A DNA stretch of 23,158 bases from Ginkgo biloba. Lineage: Eukaryota > Plantae > Ginkgophyta. Of this stretch, positions 20,909-23,158 are shown piece by piece. The notes beneath the pieces were generated by a model, which was not told the DNA's origin, ran no database searches, and saw only the letters and a list, made by a program, of their open reading frames with translations. Numbering within the stretch: position 1 is the stretch's first letter; each line of letters starts with the position of its first letter. The DNA lies in contig JANKJI020000001.1 in NCBI GenBank assembly GCA_024626585.2, forward strand, positions 5,295,384-5,318,541. Direction: 5' to 3'. The position numbers were made by a program, and so were the translations under genes.

Positions 20909-22267
20909 ATATTTTTTCTCAAACCCCTTTTCCTACAAATTTCCTAAACTGGTTATAAATAAGAACCAATCTAACCATAAAATCTACTAGTAATGCCAAA
21001 AATTGGACAGTCACCATTTTCCTTATAAATTCCTCACAAATTATGCAAACTTAGCTAGTGGATCCAAATATATAGTAACATGGAACCTGAGGAATTGAAA
21101 AGATGAGGACATTTCTACCCTCATTACCTTTATCTCCAAAAGAGGGAAGCTTGATCCATGGTCAAATATAACTCAAAAAAAAGTGAAAAGAACGTGCAGC
21201 TTGATAAAATAGAATATTTATATTACATTCAAACTCTATATAAGTTATGCACTTTTAGAGTAGGATTATAATATGTTTAGAAATAAAACATTGAGAGATT
21301 AGTGGTGGTATCTCATTTAAAAAAAAACAAAGTTGATACATAAAAGTTATGGCCCCAAGAAGTTGGCTAGTAANNNNNNNNNNNNNNNNNNNNNNNNNNN
21401 NNNNNNNNNNNNNNNNNNNNNNNNNNNNNNNNNNNNNNNNNNNNNNNNNNNNNNNNNNNNNNNNNNNNNNNNNGTGCTTAACCACACTGGCATATCTAAT
21501 ATCATGGATGACAACAAGTTTGTTGATGTCCTACACACAATAATTCATCAACAATATGGTCGATAGATGCAACTTAAAAATCAAGCCAAAGACTTTGTGA
21601 TAAGAGTTGGGGACCCTTTGAAATTTTAAGAAAGATCATGAAGATGAGTTGAATACCCTATGATAATTTAAGAAGGAGCATGAGGAAAATTAGGAGGAAC
21701 TTAGGAAAAAGGTAGAACATGCCAAGATGTAGGCATAGGTGTTAATAGACACATATTCTTCCTATGTTGATGTTATTGACTCAATGGTGAAGGAAGATTC
21801 CTTCTCAAGGTAATACTTTAACAAACATCCATAGTTGGTCTAAGACACCCTCAAAGCTAAATTGGAGGGCATCGACGATTCAGATGATCTCACTTCCAAA
21901 TACCAGTAGGCACAACAAGTCTATATCCAAACCTAGGGTGATAGTCATAAGATTATTGGCTTACTCGACCACTATAAAGGAAAAGATAATTAGTCAAGAA
22001 GCAAGTGATAATACATATTAAGATATATAGAAATAATTTTCCAAATATCAAGAAGGAGGTTGTTAAGCCAGAATCGGATGGATCAACTATCATCAACATT
22101 ATAAAAAATCATCTCTAATATATTGCTAAAGTCACTAAGGAATGGCCCCAACTATAAATGGAGCTTTCACTCTCCTTTCCTGATGTTGTCAAGAAACCTT
22201 ATCCATGCTTTGTTGAGTCAAAATTTTATCATTTTGACATTATCTCATGATTAGATAAGGATTTAGG

Positions 22268-22620
22268 CATGGAGGAGTGTTAGACATGAGGAATCCCTCA
22301 TCAAAGCTATCTCAAGATGGCATTGACATTGATGGTACCATCGGATATGCCTCCATTGACACTAATAAAGGAATCCAACATCAACCACTAACACTAATAG
22401 AGCTCCATTGATAGTAACTCATTAATAGAATTTTTTGATAAAGCATCATTTGACAATACCTATATAGTGTAATCTCTACGATGGTTATCATAACTATTAA
22501 AATCATGTATAAATAGGTGATGTTTGATAGAATAGAGAGATAGATTAACGAGGATAAAGAATCCACACTATATATTGCATTGTGACATTATAATCCATGT
22601 CTTATAATGAGTAGGTAATA
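22268..22620 (+). mobile_element. Polypurine tract plus start of a 3' LTR (right boundary uncertain)
   Basis: Purine run ggaggag (22271-22277) is directly followed by TGTTAGACA at 22278. A TATAAATA motif lies near 22508, followed by an AG-rich tract. Confidence 0.4.
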
Positions 22621-23158
22621 TTTGTACTTGGATCTCTATTATAATATAAGGATTGGATAGTTTTAATTCATATCTATGTATGATACTTTATGTGAATGAA
22701 CGAGAATGCTAAGGAACTAATATGTAGTATTAACTAGTAGAGTTATAGGACATAATTGCACCATTGTTAGGGAAAAATTGCCTAACAAGAATATGTATTT
22801 TCCCATTAATTTAAAAATAATATAAGATAAAAATGTTACCAAATAATATGGTTGTAGAGAATTAGTAATATCAAATTCCTTTACATCATTTGAGTTAAGA
22901 ATAATAATATTATGAAGTGATCAAGTTGATTATTACTTCAATGGTCATTAATTTATTTATCATTATACAATTTGATTCAATTAACCATTTCATCTACTAA
23001 AGCAAGTTGTAATTAGATAATAAAAAGGTATGTATGGTTGTAGGGTGAAAAATCCTTCTTTTGAAAGACTTTACTATTCATAACTTGCACTAACTTATGA
23101 TAGACATTGCATCTAGATTTTAGAAATAGAGTAGTGTACTAAGTGTATTAATTCATAT

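Larger units (their letters stand above)
1144..21473. other. Assembly gaps: ten 100-N placeholders (1144, 3324, 4611, 6815, 8262, 15497, 16626, 18210, 19584, 21374) plus sized gaps such as 12040-12715 and 13799-14023
   Basis: Runs of N seen directly. An exact 100-N length is the usual convention for an unknown gap size. Confidence 0.97.

Overview
AT-rich, gap-ridden draft sequence from a seed-plant nuclear genome; the PPR and retroelement sequences look conifer-like. Ten gaps of exactly 100 N mean unknown distances, so adjacency between contigs is not guaranteed. Most of the window is decayed retrotransposon debris: two Ty1/copia gag relics, Ty3/gypsy gag, RT-RNaseH and integrase relics, a LINE RT relic, and LTR, PBS and PPT remnants. 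The exception is the 2.1 kb contig 4711-6814, a mosaic of five unrelated pieces. These are the intact 5' part of a PLS-class PPR gene (-), a gypsy integrase Zn-domain scrap (+), a 74-nt DUF4057-family exon with flanking intron sequence (-), a 127-nt PDS5 exon with splice sites (+), and a gypsy RT-RNaseH scrap (+). The DUF4057 exon could splice in frame onto the PPR ORF. All family assignments come from recalled motifs, not database searches. I see no firm evidence of a new biological system. The mosaic and possible chimeric gene are the best leads, and misassembly has to be excluded first.
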